Assembly (NCBI GenBank): GCA_035714175.1
Contig: DASTML010000106.1
Coordinates: forward strand, 97,045-161,044
Length of the DNA stretch: 64,000 nt
From: Bryobacteraceae bacterium
GTDB lineage: Bacteria; Acidobacteriota; Terriglobia; Bryobacterales; Bryobacteraceae
Direction: 5' to 3'
Each line of letters opens with the position of its first letter. Position 1 is the stretch's first letter. The notes under the pieces were generated by a model, which saw only the letters and a program-made list of their open reading frames with translations, had not been told where the DNA came from and did not search any database. The translations under genes and the position numbers were made by a program. Of the stretch, positions 53,200 to 62,477 are shown one piece after another.

Positions 53200-54597
53200 T
53201 TACTGCCTTTTGCGAATGGAATAGAGCTTGCTTTCCGTGCGGATCAAGAGGCGGCCATCAACAATCGCGGGAGTGGCTTGCGCCATTTCATCCAAGGGAT
53301 TGACGTGCAGGAGCGTGAAGGTCTCCTCCGCCGACACGACAAAGGTCTTCCCTTCCTCGCTGAGACAGAAGAGCTTTCCGTTGTAAGCCCAGGGGGAGGC
53401 CGTGAAATAGCCGGCGTCCGGCGCGAGACGGGACTTGTAACTGAGCTTTCCGGACTTTGCATCGAACCGGCTAAGGATTCCGGTTTCGGTCAAAGCGTAA
53501 ATACCGCCTTCATAGGCGACGGGAGTTGGCAGATAGGTGCCGCCGCGTGCGTCGGACCATGCTACGAATTGATTCGATTTTTCCGTGCGCCCCAGGCTGA
53601 TATCGCCTTTGGCTCCTGGACGAACGGCGAAAAGCGGCTTGCCGCGTCCGGCGTCAATGTAGAGCAGGCCGTCATAGCTGAACGGACTCGGGACCGGCGT
53701 GGCGGACATACCGCCCAGCCGCCAGAGTTCCCTGCCCGCGAGATCATAACTCACCGCGGCCGCCGGGCCTACGGTGACTATTTCGGTGCGTTCCGCATTG
53801 GTCCAAAGGAATGGCGTCGTCCAGGCGGAGCCCTGTGACCGGCCGCCGCCAGTTTCGCGGATATTGCGAAGCGTACGCCAGAGTTGCTTGCCGGTGCGGC
53901 GATCAAAGGAGGCAAGATACTGTTGCTTTTCATTGTCCGAAAGGATGATGAGTTGATTACCGTGAAGGACGGGAGAACTACCGGTGCCAAAGTCGAGATA
54001 AATCGGATTGGATTCGAGCGGAGTTTTCCAGACTGGCTTGCCGCGGAGGTTGAACGCGTAGAGACCGAGATTAGCTACATAGACATAGACGTGTTTGCCA
54101 TCAGTGATTGGCGTTTCCGAGGAGAAGCTGTTTTTGCGGTGGCGTCCGCCGGGCGGGCGGCCCGCGTGAAATTCACGGCGCCACTTGATGGACCCGGTTT
54201 TGAGGTCCAAGCAGTAAAGGTAGTAGTGAAGCTGCACTTCGGCGGGGAGTTCGATATCACGAGCCGTAACCTTTTCGAGAACTTGCGCTTGCGTCAACCC
54301 CTGCTTGGATAATTCGGCGACATACTCGTTGCTGTACTCCGTACCGGTTTGCGGCTGCTTCGAGGCGCCTTCGGTGACGACGGCCGTAACGAAAATATCG
54401 TTGCCGGCAACTATCGGCGAGGACCACCCGCGGCCAGGAACCGGCGTGCTCCATTCCACGTTGTCGGTGAGCGACCAGCGGTCGGGCAATTGTGAATCTT
54501 GCGCGGACGGATTGGACTCCGGTCCGCGAAACTGCGGCCAGCCGGGCGCGGCGGCCACTATGAAGCTGCAGGCAAGGAGACTCGCGAGAGCGCGCAT
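53200..54597 (-). CDS. secreted PQQ-like beta-propeller repeat protein
   Basis: Signal peptide MRALASLLACSFIVAAAPGWPQFRGPESNP, then repeated propeller blades. Paralogous to 23129-24367. Confidence 0.85.
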   Translation of the reverse strand: MRALASLLACSFIVAAAPGWPQFRGPESNPSAQDSQLPDRWSLTDNVEWSTPVPGRGWSSPIVAGNDIFVTAVVTEGASKQPQTGTEYSNEYVAELSKQGLTQAQVLEKVTARDIELPAEVQLHYYLYCLDLKTGSIKWRREFHAGRPPGGRHRKNSFSSETPITDGKHVYVYVANLGLYAFNLRGKPVWKTPLESNPIYLDFGTGSSPVLHGNQLIILSDNEKQQYLASFDRRTGKQLWRTLRNIRETGGGRSQGSAWTTPFLWTNAERTEIVTVGPAAAVSYDLAGRELWRLGGMSATPVPSPFSYDGLLYIDAGRGKPLFAVRPGAKGDISLGRTEKSNQFVAWSDARGGTYLPTPVAYEGGIYALTETGILSRFDAKSGKLSYKSRLAPDAGYFTASPWAYNGKLFCLSEEGKTFVVSAEETFTLLHVNPLDEMAQATPAIVDGRLLIRTESKLYSIRKRQ

Positions 54598-54641
54598 GTA
54601 TTCAGGTTACGCAGAGCAGGGGCACATAGTTCAGGGAACCT

Positions 54642-56294
54642 TTAGCGGTAATCCAGTTCGCGCGGAGCCTGTCCTTCCACGCAATGGTAGGTTCGTCCGG
54701 TTGCCAGGTTTTTAAACTCGTCGGTGCGGCCACTAGGCCAGTAGACAACAGCGCGTTCCACTGAGGTCGCCTTACCGGCGCCGAAGGTAGCCGTCAGTGC
54801 GCTGGAGGAAAGATAACTGGAGCCGCCGCGAATCATGCGCATTTGCGCACCATCGGAGCCGAAGAGGCGGATCACCGCGCCAATCGCATCACGATTCGAT
54901 TTGCGGCCCTCCAAGAGGAACCGGATGGAACGATTGCCGTTGCCTATGTCGTTGCGATAGAGAAAGGCGGGGCCGCCGTTGGTCGTAATCAGGACGTCGA
55001 GATCACCATCGCGGTCAAAGTCACCCAGCGCGAGGCCACGACCGACTTTCGGCGCATGGAACGCGGCCCCGGCCGAGGCGGCGATATCGGTGAATTGTCC
55101 GTGTCCATTGTTGAGAAACAAATTGGGTGACTGGGCATGAACGACGCCCCTGTTCAGATTGCGGACGGTATCGTCAATATGACCATTGACGGCAAGGAGG
55201 TCGAGGTGGCCGTCGAGATCCGCGTCGAAGAATAGGCAGCCGAAACCAAGGCGGGAACGGGTGGCGGCGCCGACGCCGGTAGCCATGGCGCGGTCGGTAA
55301 AGCCGTTAGCCACCGTATCGAAGAGACCCATCATCTCGTTGTCAAAGTTGGTGACGGCAATCGCTTCCCTGCCCGAGCGGCGGAAGTCGCCAGCGTCAAC
55401 GCCCATGCCCGCGCGGGCCCGCCCGTCCTCCCCGAATGCGACACCGCTACGGACGGCGGTCTCCCGAAAAGTCCGGTCATGATTGTTGCGATACAGCTTG
55501 TTGGGCTGTGTATCGTTGGCGACAAAAATGTCAGGCCAACCGTCGGCGTCCGCGTCCAGCATCGCCACGCCGAGTGATTTCGAAGACGCGTCGAAGAGCC
55601 CGCTTTTGGCGGTAATATCCTCAAACGTGCCGTCGCCGCGGTTGCGAAACAGCCAGGATGTGGTTCCGCGAAAGGCTTCTGGCGTACAGTACGACTTGGC
55701 TTTGCCATCCAGACTGCAAAAGACATCCTGCTCCGCGGACCACCGGACGTAGTTGCAAACGAAGAGATCCAGATGGCCATCCCGATCAACGTCAACCCAC
55801 ATTGCCGAGGTGGAGAACGACTGCCGGCCCCCGAGGCCCGAGGCATTGGTGGCGTCAACGAATCGGCCTTTCCCCGTGTTGCGAAACAGCCGGTTCTGTC
55901 CGGCGCAAGTGAAATAGAGATCTGGAAAGCCGTCGTTATCAAAATCGGCAACGGCGACTCCCAACCCGTACATTTCGACATCGAGGCCAGCGGCTTTGGT
56001 CACATCCGTGAAGCTTCCGTTGCGGTTGTTCCGGTAGAGGCGCGGCGTGGTGCGCCCACGGACATGCCCTGGCCAGTCCTGCCCATTGACCAGGAGTATA
56101 TCGAGCCATCCATCGCCATCGAAGTCCAGGAACGCGCAACCCGGTCCCATGGTCTCCGGCAGGTACTTGGCGCCGAAAGCGCCGGTATTGTGCCGAAAAG
56201 CAAGGCCAGCCCGTGAGGTGACGTCCACCAACTGAAAACCGGGTGCTGGTTGGGCCGAAGCCAGAGCGGAGAACAGGAAATTTCGGCGGTTCAC
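54642..56294 (-). CDS. CRTAC1-family protein (FG-GAP/VCBS repeats plus ASPIC/UnbV domain)
   Basis: Repeated DFDGDGWLDILLVN / DFDNDGFPDLYF / DADADGWPDIFVAN / DFDRDGDLDVLI motifs. The C-terminal AIGAVIRLFGSDGAQMRMIRGGSSYLSS is the UnbV_ASPIC pattern. Confidence 0.85.
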   Translation of the reverse strand: MNRRNFLFSALASAQPAPGFQLVDVTSRAGLAFRHNTGAFGAKYLPETMGPGCAFLDFDGDGWLDILLVNGQDWPGHVRGRTTPRLYRNNRNGSFTDVTKAAGLDVEMYGLGVAVADFDNDGFPDLYFTCAGQNRLFRNTGKGRFVDATNASGLGGRQSFSTSAMWVDVDRDGHLDLFVCNYVRWSAEQDVFCSLDGKAKSYCTPEAFRGTTSWLFRNRGDGTFEDITAKSGLFDASSKSLGVAMLDADADGWPDIFVANDTQPNKLYRNNHDRTFRETAVRSGVAFGEDGRARAGMGVDAGDFRRSGREAIAVTNFDNEMMGLFDTVANGFTDRAMATGVGAATRSRLGFGCLFFDADLDGHLDLLAVNGHIDDTVRNLNRGVVHAQSPNLFLNNGHGQFTDIAASAGAAFHAPKVGRGLALGDFDRDGDLDVLITTNGGPAFLYRNDIGNGNRSIRFLLEGRKSNRDAIGAVIRLFGSDGAQMRMIRGGSSYLSSSALTATFGAGKATSVERAVVYWPSGRTDEFKNLATGRTYHCVEGQAPRELDYR

Positions 56295-56914
56295 GGCAGG
56301 CTAACCAATCCGTGCCGGATGGCATAGACCACGAGGTCCGCCGTATTGTGAACGGCGAGCGCATCCATAATGTTGGCCCGGTGAACGGCAACCGTATTGG
56401 CGCTGAGTTGGAGTACGGCTGCGATTTCCTTGTTGGACTGCCCGGCAACAATGAGTTGCAGAACCTCCATCTCGCGCGTAGTGAGCGAGCGTTTGCCGGC
56501 CGTAGCAGCGGCGGCTTGCGCCAGGCGCGGATCCTGCAGCCAGCCTCCCTGCAACACCGCCTTCACGGCCTGTACCAACTCGAGGTCCAGCGCATTTTTG
56601 AGCAAATAGCCGGAGGCGCCCGCTTCCCTGCTTCGCTCCACGTAACTTGTCTCTGCGTGCATGCTCAAGATGAGAATCTTCACGGCAGGCGATTGTGCAA
56701 GAATCTTCCGCGCCGTCAGGGCTCCGGTTTGCCCGGGCAGGGCGTAATCCAGCACGATTACATCCGGCTTCAACTGGCTGGCAAGTTCTTCCGCCTGTGC
56801 GCCGTCACTCGCCTCCCCCACCACTTCTATTTCCTGATCGTCTTCCAACATCCGCCGGAAGCCGCGGCGCACCAAGGCGTGATCATCCACAAGCAGGACT
56901 CGAATTTTATGCAT
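56291..56914 (-). CDS. NarL/FixJ (LuxR-type HTH) response regulator
   Basis: VLLVDDHALVRRG.., ..PDVIVLDYALPG.., and C-terminal LTTREMEVLQLIVAGQSNKEIAAVLQLSANTV. Confidence 0.9.
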   Translation of the reverse strand: MHKIRVLLVDDHALVRRGFRRMLEDDQEIEVVGEASDGAQAEELASQLKPDVIVLDYALPGQTGALTARKILAQSPAVKILILSMHAETSYVERSREAGASGYLLKNALDLELVQAVKAVLQGGWLQDPRLAQAAAATAGKRSLTTREMEVLQLIVAGQSNKEIAAVLQLSANTVAVHRANIMDALAVHNTADLVVYAIRHGLVSLP

Positions 56915-58226
56915 TGTTTTCTCCTGACAAGAGGGTGGAGAGCGGAACCGTCAAGACAATTCGTATTCCGGCGGGGTCTGCGCGAACGATATCCAGAGTA
57001 CCGCCCAACAACGCGGCGCGTTCCCGCATTCCGGTCAAGCCGACGCTCGGCCGGAACGCGCTGGGCTCTCCCCGTCCGCGGTCCTCCACGGCAAGAAGGA
57101 GACCCTCGGGCAGCGCCTCCAAACGAACCCACGCTTCCATTACCCCGGCGTGCCGGGCCACGTTGTTCAAAGCCTCCTGCAATATCCGGTAAATGTGAAC
57201 AGACTTTCCGGCGTCCAGTTCCGGCAGTGCGCCCGACGCTCGATAGTGAACCATAAGACCCGTTTGCCTCTGAAATGTCGAGACGTACCACTGCACAGCG
57301 GGACCCAGCCCCTGTTCATCGAGTATCACCGGTTGCAGGGACTGGGAGAGGGCACGGATTTTCTCCAGGCTCTCCTGCACCACAACATTTGTCTCGCGCA
57401 GTTGCTCCTGAAAGTTATCCGGCGCGGAGCGGCCCGCGCGCTTCAACATGGCGCCGACGGCCGTTAGAATTTGTCCGAACTCATCATGCAGGTCCCGCGA
57501 GACAGCGCGCAGCGTCGATTCCTGCGTCGCGATCAACTGTTGCGCCAGTTCTTGCCGTTGACTGGCCAGTTCAGAGATTCTGTCGATCCAGGCCCGGTTC
57601 GAACGGATCAACATGCCGCTGACGGCAAGTACCGCGGCTACCGAAAGCGCCAGGAACCAATACGCGTTCCGCTCAATACCGTCATAAGTTGCCACGATTT
57701 CAGCGGCCGCCCGTTGCCCCGCCTCATTGTTTTGCACCAGGAGACGCGAAGCCAAGGCACTAAGCGCCTCCTGCCGAGGCAGTAGGGTCTGCCGCACAAG
57801 GTCGCGGGCCTTCGCATCTTCCCCACTTTGCGTGAACCGGTTCATCTGATCAACGGTTAGCCAGAACTGAGAGAAAGACGAAAGCAGGTAGTTGGTCTGC
57901 GCCGGGTCCCGATGGCTGCCCGCGAGAGCGGATTCCAAACGGATGGCGTCGTCCAGATTGCCATGAATCCGCTCCAGTTGGCCAGACCAGGCAGTAAGCG
58001 GGTAGCCGTCGAGGTTGTCGATCATATCCCGCATGGCAAGAGCCAAAGCGTTGAGATCGCTTTGAATGCGAATCAGTTGCAGAGCGGCCTTTCTGTTCTG
58101 CTCGATCACATCGATCTGGACCTGCCGCATGCGCCGCACCGAGGCGACGGAGTAGGACGCATAGGAGGCAATGACAAGCAGCGTAAACAGGACGCCGGAC
58201 AAAAGGCGGGCGGACGGAGAAAGCAT
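56907..58226 (-). CDS. HisKA_3-type (NarX/DesK-like) sensor histidine kinase
   Basis: Two TM helices flank a periplasmic segment. LHDEFGQILTAV is the H-box, followed by an HATPase region (..EALNNVARHA..DRGRG..GLTGMRERAALLGG). ATG 58226 is chosen, and the gene overlaps the regulator gene by 8 nt. Confidence 0.85.
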   Translation of the reverse strand: MLSPSARLLSGVLFTLLVIASYASYSVASVRRMRQVQIDVIEQNRKAALQLIRIQSDLNALALAMRDMIDNLDGYPLTAWSGQLERIHGNLDDAIRLESALAGSHRDPAQTNYLLSSFSQFWLTVDQMNRFTQSGEDAKARDLVRQTLLPRQEALSALASRLLVQNNEAGQRAAAEIVATYDGIERNAYWFLALSVAAVLAVSGMLIRSNRAWIDRISELASQRQELAQQLIATQESTLRAVSRDLHDEFGQILTAVGAMLKRAGRSAPDNFQEQLRETNVVVQESLEKIRALSQSLQPVILDEQGLGPAVQWYVSTFQRQTGLMVHYRASGALPELDAGKSVHIYRILQEALNNVARHAGVMEAWVRLEALPEGLLLAVEDRGRGEPSAFRPSVGLTGMRERAALLGGTLDIVRADPAGIRIVLTVPLSTLLSGENNA

Positions 58227-58230
58227 GGGG

Positions 58231-59502
58231 CTAAGCGTCGGAAGGCTCCGGATATCCCGGCATCCACAGCATGAGGAGACCGGAAAGTAAGGTGGGGACC
58301 GACAGGATAGCAAGAATCGCGGTGTAGGACGATGTAAGGTCGAAGATGCGGCCGACCACAATGGGGCCGAGTCCGCCTGCAATCGCATAAAACGTCCAGG
58401 TCAAACCGTACAGCGTGGAAAAGGAACCTAGCCCGAAATAGCGGGAAAGCAGGTAGGGCGTGACGTCCGCCTCTCCGCCAAGGCCAAAGCCGATTAGCGC
58501 AGCCGCCAGGATTCCAGTGGCCAGGGAGTCTGCCCACGCCAGTAGAAATATGCCGCCGGCGAGAAGCAGCAGCAGTCCGAAAGCAATGCGCGGACCGAAG
58601 AAGCGATCCATGAGAGCGCCCGTCGAGAGGCGGCCTAGAAAGCTGGCGGCGCCGAGCGCGGAGGTTACGAGGGCAGCATGAGCAGCGGTTACGCCGCGGT
58701 CATTGAGCAAAGCGGCCAAATGGGTGATCGCGCCGTTTGCGGCAATCGAACTGAGAAAGAGCGTGGCGACGAGGATCCAAAAAATGCGGGTGCGCAGGGC
58801 GGCGGCAACCGAAATCGACGCCTCTGGATGCCGGTCTTTCTGCCGTTCTGTCACCGGGCGCATCCGTAGAAATAGGACGGAGAGAGGCAATCCAACGCCA
58901 AGCGTTAATAAACCCAACGTGAGATAGGCGCTACGCCAGCCGGCGGTGCTGATCAGATGTTGCGCCAACGGCGGGAGAACAATGGATCCGATGCCCGTGC
59001 CCGCCATGACGACAGCAAGCGCGGCCCCTCGCCGTTCCGTAAACCAACTGGAAACAGCGCCGGAGAACCCCATCTGTGTTGTGCCGTTGCCGACAAGGCC
59101 CAGTACGAGAAAGGTGAGGTAAAGGTGGGCAAGGCTAGGAGTCAGGAAGTAAAGCGAAGCAAACGCCAGACCGAACACGCCGATACAGGAGAGCACAATG
59201 CGGCGGGGCTTCCCATGATCGAGCAGACGGCCAAGAAAAGGAGAGGCGATCGCCACGGCCATCGCCGCGATCCCAAAAGCGCGCGACACGTCTTCCCGGC
59301 TCCACCCAAACTCCGCCGTCAGCGGCTTCAAAAAGACGCTGAACGTAAACACCAGCATCGAACCGAAACCCACCAAAACAGAGCAAAAGGCCGCCGCGAC
59401 CACGCACCAACCCGGATAACGGATGGAGCTTTGCGAAGCCAGGAGGCCGGCAGGGTGGCTATCCGCGCGGGTTCCCATTCCCAACGCAAGCAGGAGACTC
59501 AT
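58231..59502 (-). CDS. MFS transporter
   Basis: About 12 hydrophobic helices and an inter-helix loop GRLLDHGKPRR (MFS motif-A-like). ATG 59502 is chosen because the track start 59727 overlaps the upstream gene. Confidence 0.85.
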   Translation of the reverse strand: MSLLLALGMGTRADSHPAGLLASQSSIRYPGWCVVAAAFCSVLVGFGSMLVFTFSVFLKPLTAEFGWSREDVSRAFGIAAMAVAIASPFLGRLLDHGKPRRIVLSCIGVFGLAFASLYFLTPSLAHLYLTFLVLGLVGNGTTQMGFSGAVSSWFTERRGAALAVVMAGTGIGSIVLPPLAQHLISTAGWRSAYLTLGLLTLGVGLPLSVLFLRMRPVTERQKDRHPEASISVAAALRTRIFWILVATLFLSSIAANGAITHLAALLNDRGVTAAHAALVTSALGAASFLGRLSTGALMDRFFGPRIAFGLLLLLAGGIFLLAWADSLATGILAAALIGFGLGGEADVTPYLLSRYFGLGSFSTLYGLTWTFYAIAGGLGPIVVGRIFDLTSSYTAILAILSVPTLLSGLLMLWMPGYPEPSDA

Positions 59503-59554
59503 TGTGTGGGGAAGCGTATCGGGCAGCCGCCGCCGGAACAATAGTAGAAAGCAA

Positions 59555-60595
59555 CTAGCGAAAGCGTTCGTAGGCTTTGCGATAGACGGCGAGAGTCTCT
59601 CGCGCGGTCCGCGCCCAAGTGAACTGCTTCGAGCGCTCCAGACCGGCCGCCCGCAGTTCCTCCCGCCATGACGGTTGCTCCAATAGCCGCGTGAGAGCCT
59701 CCGCCCATTCGTGGGGCGAGGAGGCATTGCAATGAATCGCGGCGCCGCCGGCCACTTCGACTACCGACTCGTCCAGAGACGTCACCACTGGCGCACCGCA
59801 CTGCATTGCCTCAATCACTGGCAGGCCAAAGCCCTCATAAAACGTCGGATACACCACAGCCAATGCGCCGGAATAGAGCGCGGCCAGATCTTCTTCCGGA
59901 ACAGGACCAAGAATCTCCAACCCGTCGCCCGGTTCAAACCGCGGACCATCCTCGCGGCGGCGTCCCGCGAGAACCAAGCGGACGCGCCTCCGAGCACGCA
60001 CCGCGCGCCACGCCTCCACCAGCATGGGGAGATTCTTGCGCGGTTCCATTGTGCCCACGTAGAGAAAGTAAGGTTCAGTCATCTCCGTCGCACGCACAGG
60101 CTGCAGCGTAGGCGAAGCGGCCAAAGGCACGGCCACCACGCGGTCCGGAGCCAGACGGAAATGAGTGATGGCTCGCCGCCTGACCGCTTCGCTGAGCGTC
60201 AATACCATCGTGGCGAGTCCCGCGCGCAACAGCCAGGGCGTTCGTTGCCGAACCCGTTGCACACCCGCCCCGTGCCAGGCGGCGTCCATCCAGGGAGACA
60301 GATCGTGCAACGAAAGCACCGAAGCGCAAACCGGCACGTAAGGTACCGCAAACTCCGTTCCGTGAAAGACGTCAAACCGGTGGCGCCGTAGGGCAATCGG
60401 CAAGCCGGCCATCCACCAGCGGCGCTCCAGCCAGTTGCCGCGCGGGCCGATGGATCCCGGGATGCCTTGATCCGTCAAGAAAGCAAATTCGTCGTCCGAA
60501 TGCAGTCCCTGCAGAGCGCGATGCAGTTCCCGCACGTAGCGCGGCACGCCCCCCGTCCCTGCGACAAGCGGCGTTGCATCCAACGCCACTTTCAC
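59555..60595 (-). CDS. GT4-family glycosyltransferase
   Basis: E-x7-E region VVYPTFYEGFGLPVIEAMQCGAPVV. Its start abuts the sulfatase stop (60595/60596). Confidence 0.85.
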   Translation of the reverse strand: MKVALDATPLVAGTGGVPRYVRELHRALQGLHSDDEFAFLTDQGIPGSIGPRGNWLERRWWMAGLPIALRRHRFDVFHGTEFAVPYVPVCASVLSLHDLSPWMDAAWHGAGVQRVRQRTPWLLRAGLATMVLTLSEAVRRRAITHFRLAPDRVVAVPLAASPTLQPVRATEMTEPYFLYVGTMEPRKNLPMLVEAWRAVRARRRVRLVLAGRRREDGPRFEPGDGLEILGPVPEEDLAALYSGALAVVYPTFYEGFGLPVIEAMQCGAPVVTSLDESVVEVAGGAAIHCNASSPHEWAEALTRLLEQPSWREELRAAGLERSKQFTWARTARETLAVYRKAYERFR

Positions 60596-62347
60596 TTATT
60601 CAAACTCCTTTTTCAGACGGCTCACGTAGGAATCGGCCCGCCCTGACCCGCCATTGGGAAGTTGCCCAACGCGCCGCCGCACATCGTCGGGTACGCGGGT
60701 CTCCATCGCGGCAAGGCCGTTAAGCGCAAGCATAGCCACATAAACGCCATGTTTCGCGGCGTTGCCGAGTTCCAGCAGCGCTTCGGCGGCGGGCCGGGAT
60801 TCTGATACGTCTCCGAAACGGCCGGCGGATTCCGCGGCGAGGGCCCGCACGGATGGCGACGGGTCGTCCGGGCGTAATCCGGCGCTCTTGCCGCGAATGA
60901 TATATCCCATCACGGCCCAGTAGCGAACCGCGGAATCCGTATCTTGCAGCCCGTCGGCGGGCGGAGCTCCGGTCATGGACGCCGCCCGGTCCGCCATGCC
61001 CTTCACTCGCTGAACGTCATACACGCGCGATGCGTCATGCAACTCAGCCTCCGGCAGGAAACCCTTGTCGCCAGAAGTTACGATCCAGGTATCGAGCGCC
61101 TGGCGCATTCGCGAGAGTACGGTAGCTTCCCGTGCCGCGATATTGTCGATTTCGTCGCGATCCCGGGTGATGTCGTAGAGCTCCTCGAAAGGCTTGCGCT
61201 CCCAGAAACGGCGTTGTACCGCGTTCAGTTTGCCTTCGTCGTAGAGTTGTTTCCATACCCTGGTAGTGGGTGTTTCGAACATGTAGTCGATGTACTGGCC
61301 GTAGATCTTATGCGGCATGTAATTGCGGATATAGACATAGCGGCCATCGAAGACAGAACGAACCAAGTCGTACCGTTCGTCCATGCGACCGCGAAATCCG
61401 AATACATACTGGCGCGGTTTACCCGCGGTGAAATCGGTTCCTTGTTGGTATGCGGGCCTCGGCACGCTGGCCAGGCGCAGGACAGTGGGGGCCAGGTCGA
61501 CAAAAGAAATGGGCGATTCCGACCATCCGCCGGGGCGGTATTTCGCCGGACGCAGCGCGCGGTAGCGGTCCGGGACCGACAAGATGAGCGGAACGCGGAG
61601 ACCGGAATCGTACGGCCACCGCTTGCTGCGCGGCATGCCGCTGCCGTGATCCGAGTAAAAAAACACGATCGTGTTTTCCAACAGGCCATCCGACGCCAAT
61701 TCGTTCAGGATTTTTCCGGCCCAGGCGTCCATCTCCTCAATGTTGTCGTAATATTGCGCCCAATCCTGCCGGACCTCTTTCGTGTCCGGATGATAGGCAG
61801 GCACGCGTACGCCCTCTAAGGAATGCTTCCATTCATGCGGCCGGGTACGGATCTGGCTTTCATGCGTACCGACGAAATTGAACACGCTGAAAAAGGGTTG
61901 TCCGCTGGTTCGTTTGCGCCAATGCGCCCGTGGGCCGCTTTCGTCCCAGACCTTGCCGGTAAGCTCTAAATTATAGTCTTCCTTAGAGTTATTAGAGGTA
62001 TAGTACCCGGTTTCCCGCAACAATTGGGGAAACATCTTGCGGCCGGGCCCCAGCGAGACCAGGCTGCGCATATGTTCGGCCCCGAGAGCGGTTGGATACA
62101 TGCCGCTGATGATCGTGGTTCGGGCCGGCGCACATACCGGAGCATTGGACCAGCAGTTCCGGTAGCGGAGTCCACCGGCCGCCAGCCGATCGAGTACCGG
62201 AGTTTTGGCAAAAGAATCGCCGTAGCAGCCGATATGAGGACCCATGTCCTCACAAGTGATCCAGAGAATATTCGGACGCTCCGGCTGGGCATTCAGCGCC
62301 GCGCCAAGCAGGCTGCCGCAGAACCCGCGGCGTGTCATAAAATGCAA
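60596..62347 (-). CDS. formylglycine-type sulfatase with a Tat-like leader and a C-terminal HEAT-like extension
   Basis: MTRRGFCGSLLGAAL leader. NILWITCEDMG and APVCAPARTTIISG give the CxPxR formylglycine motif. C-terminal ..DSAVRYWAV.. and ..DPSPSVRALAAESAG.. are HEAT-like repeats. Confidence 0.9.
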   Translation of the reverse strand: MHFMTRRGFCGSLLGAALNAQPERPNILWITCEDMGPHIGCYGDSFAKTPVLDRLAAGGLRYRNCWSNAPVCAPARTTIISGMYPTALGAEHMRSLVSLGPGRKMFPQLLRETGYYTSNNSKEDYNLELTGKVWDESGPRAHWRKRTSGQPFFSVFNFVGTHESQIRTRPHEWKHSLEGVRVPAYHPDTKEVRQDWAQYYDNIEEMDAWAGKILNELASDGLLENTIVFFYSDHGSGMPRSKRWPYDSGLRVPLILSVPDRYRALRPAKYRPGGWSESPISFVDLAPTVLRLASVPRPAYQQGTDFTAGKPRQYVFGFRGRMDERYDLVRSVFDGRYVYIRNYMPHKIYGQYIDYMFETPTTRVWKQLYDEGKLNAVQRRFWERKPFEELYDITRDRDEIDNIAAREATVLSRMRQALDTWIVTSGDKGFLPEAELHDASRVYDVQRVKGMADRAASMTGAPPADGLQDTDSAVRYWAVMGYIIRGKSAGLRPDDPSPSVRALAAESAGRFGDVSESRPAAEALLELGNAAKHGVYVAMLALNGLAAMETRVPDDVRRRVGQLPNGGSGRADSYVSRLKKEFE

Positions 62348-62477
62348 CGCTCCTGTGAGAAAATCACCATATAGACAGAATTTGTTTGCTTCTGGCTAGC
62401 ATATAATTAACCGTGAGCTCGTAGCTGTACAATATTGCGCGTATTGTTTTCATGGGCCCCAATCCCTCGAAATCCGC

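Noticed and set aside
62402-62407. A perfect TATAAT hexamer in the sulfatase/PEGA divergent region, considered as a promoter call
   Set aside because: No acceptable -35 hexamer lies at 16-19 nt spacing and there is no TG extension. It is mentioned only as context.
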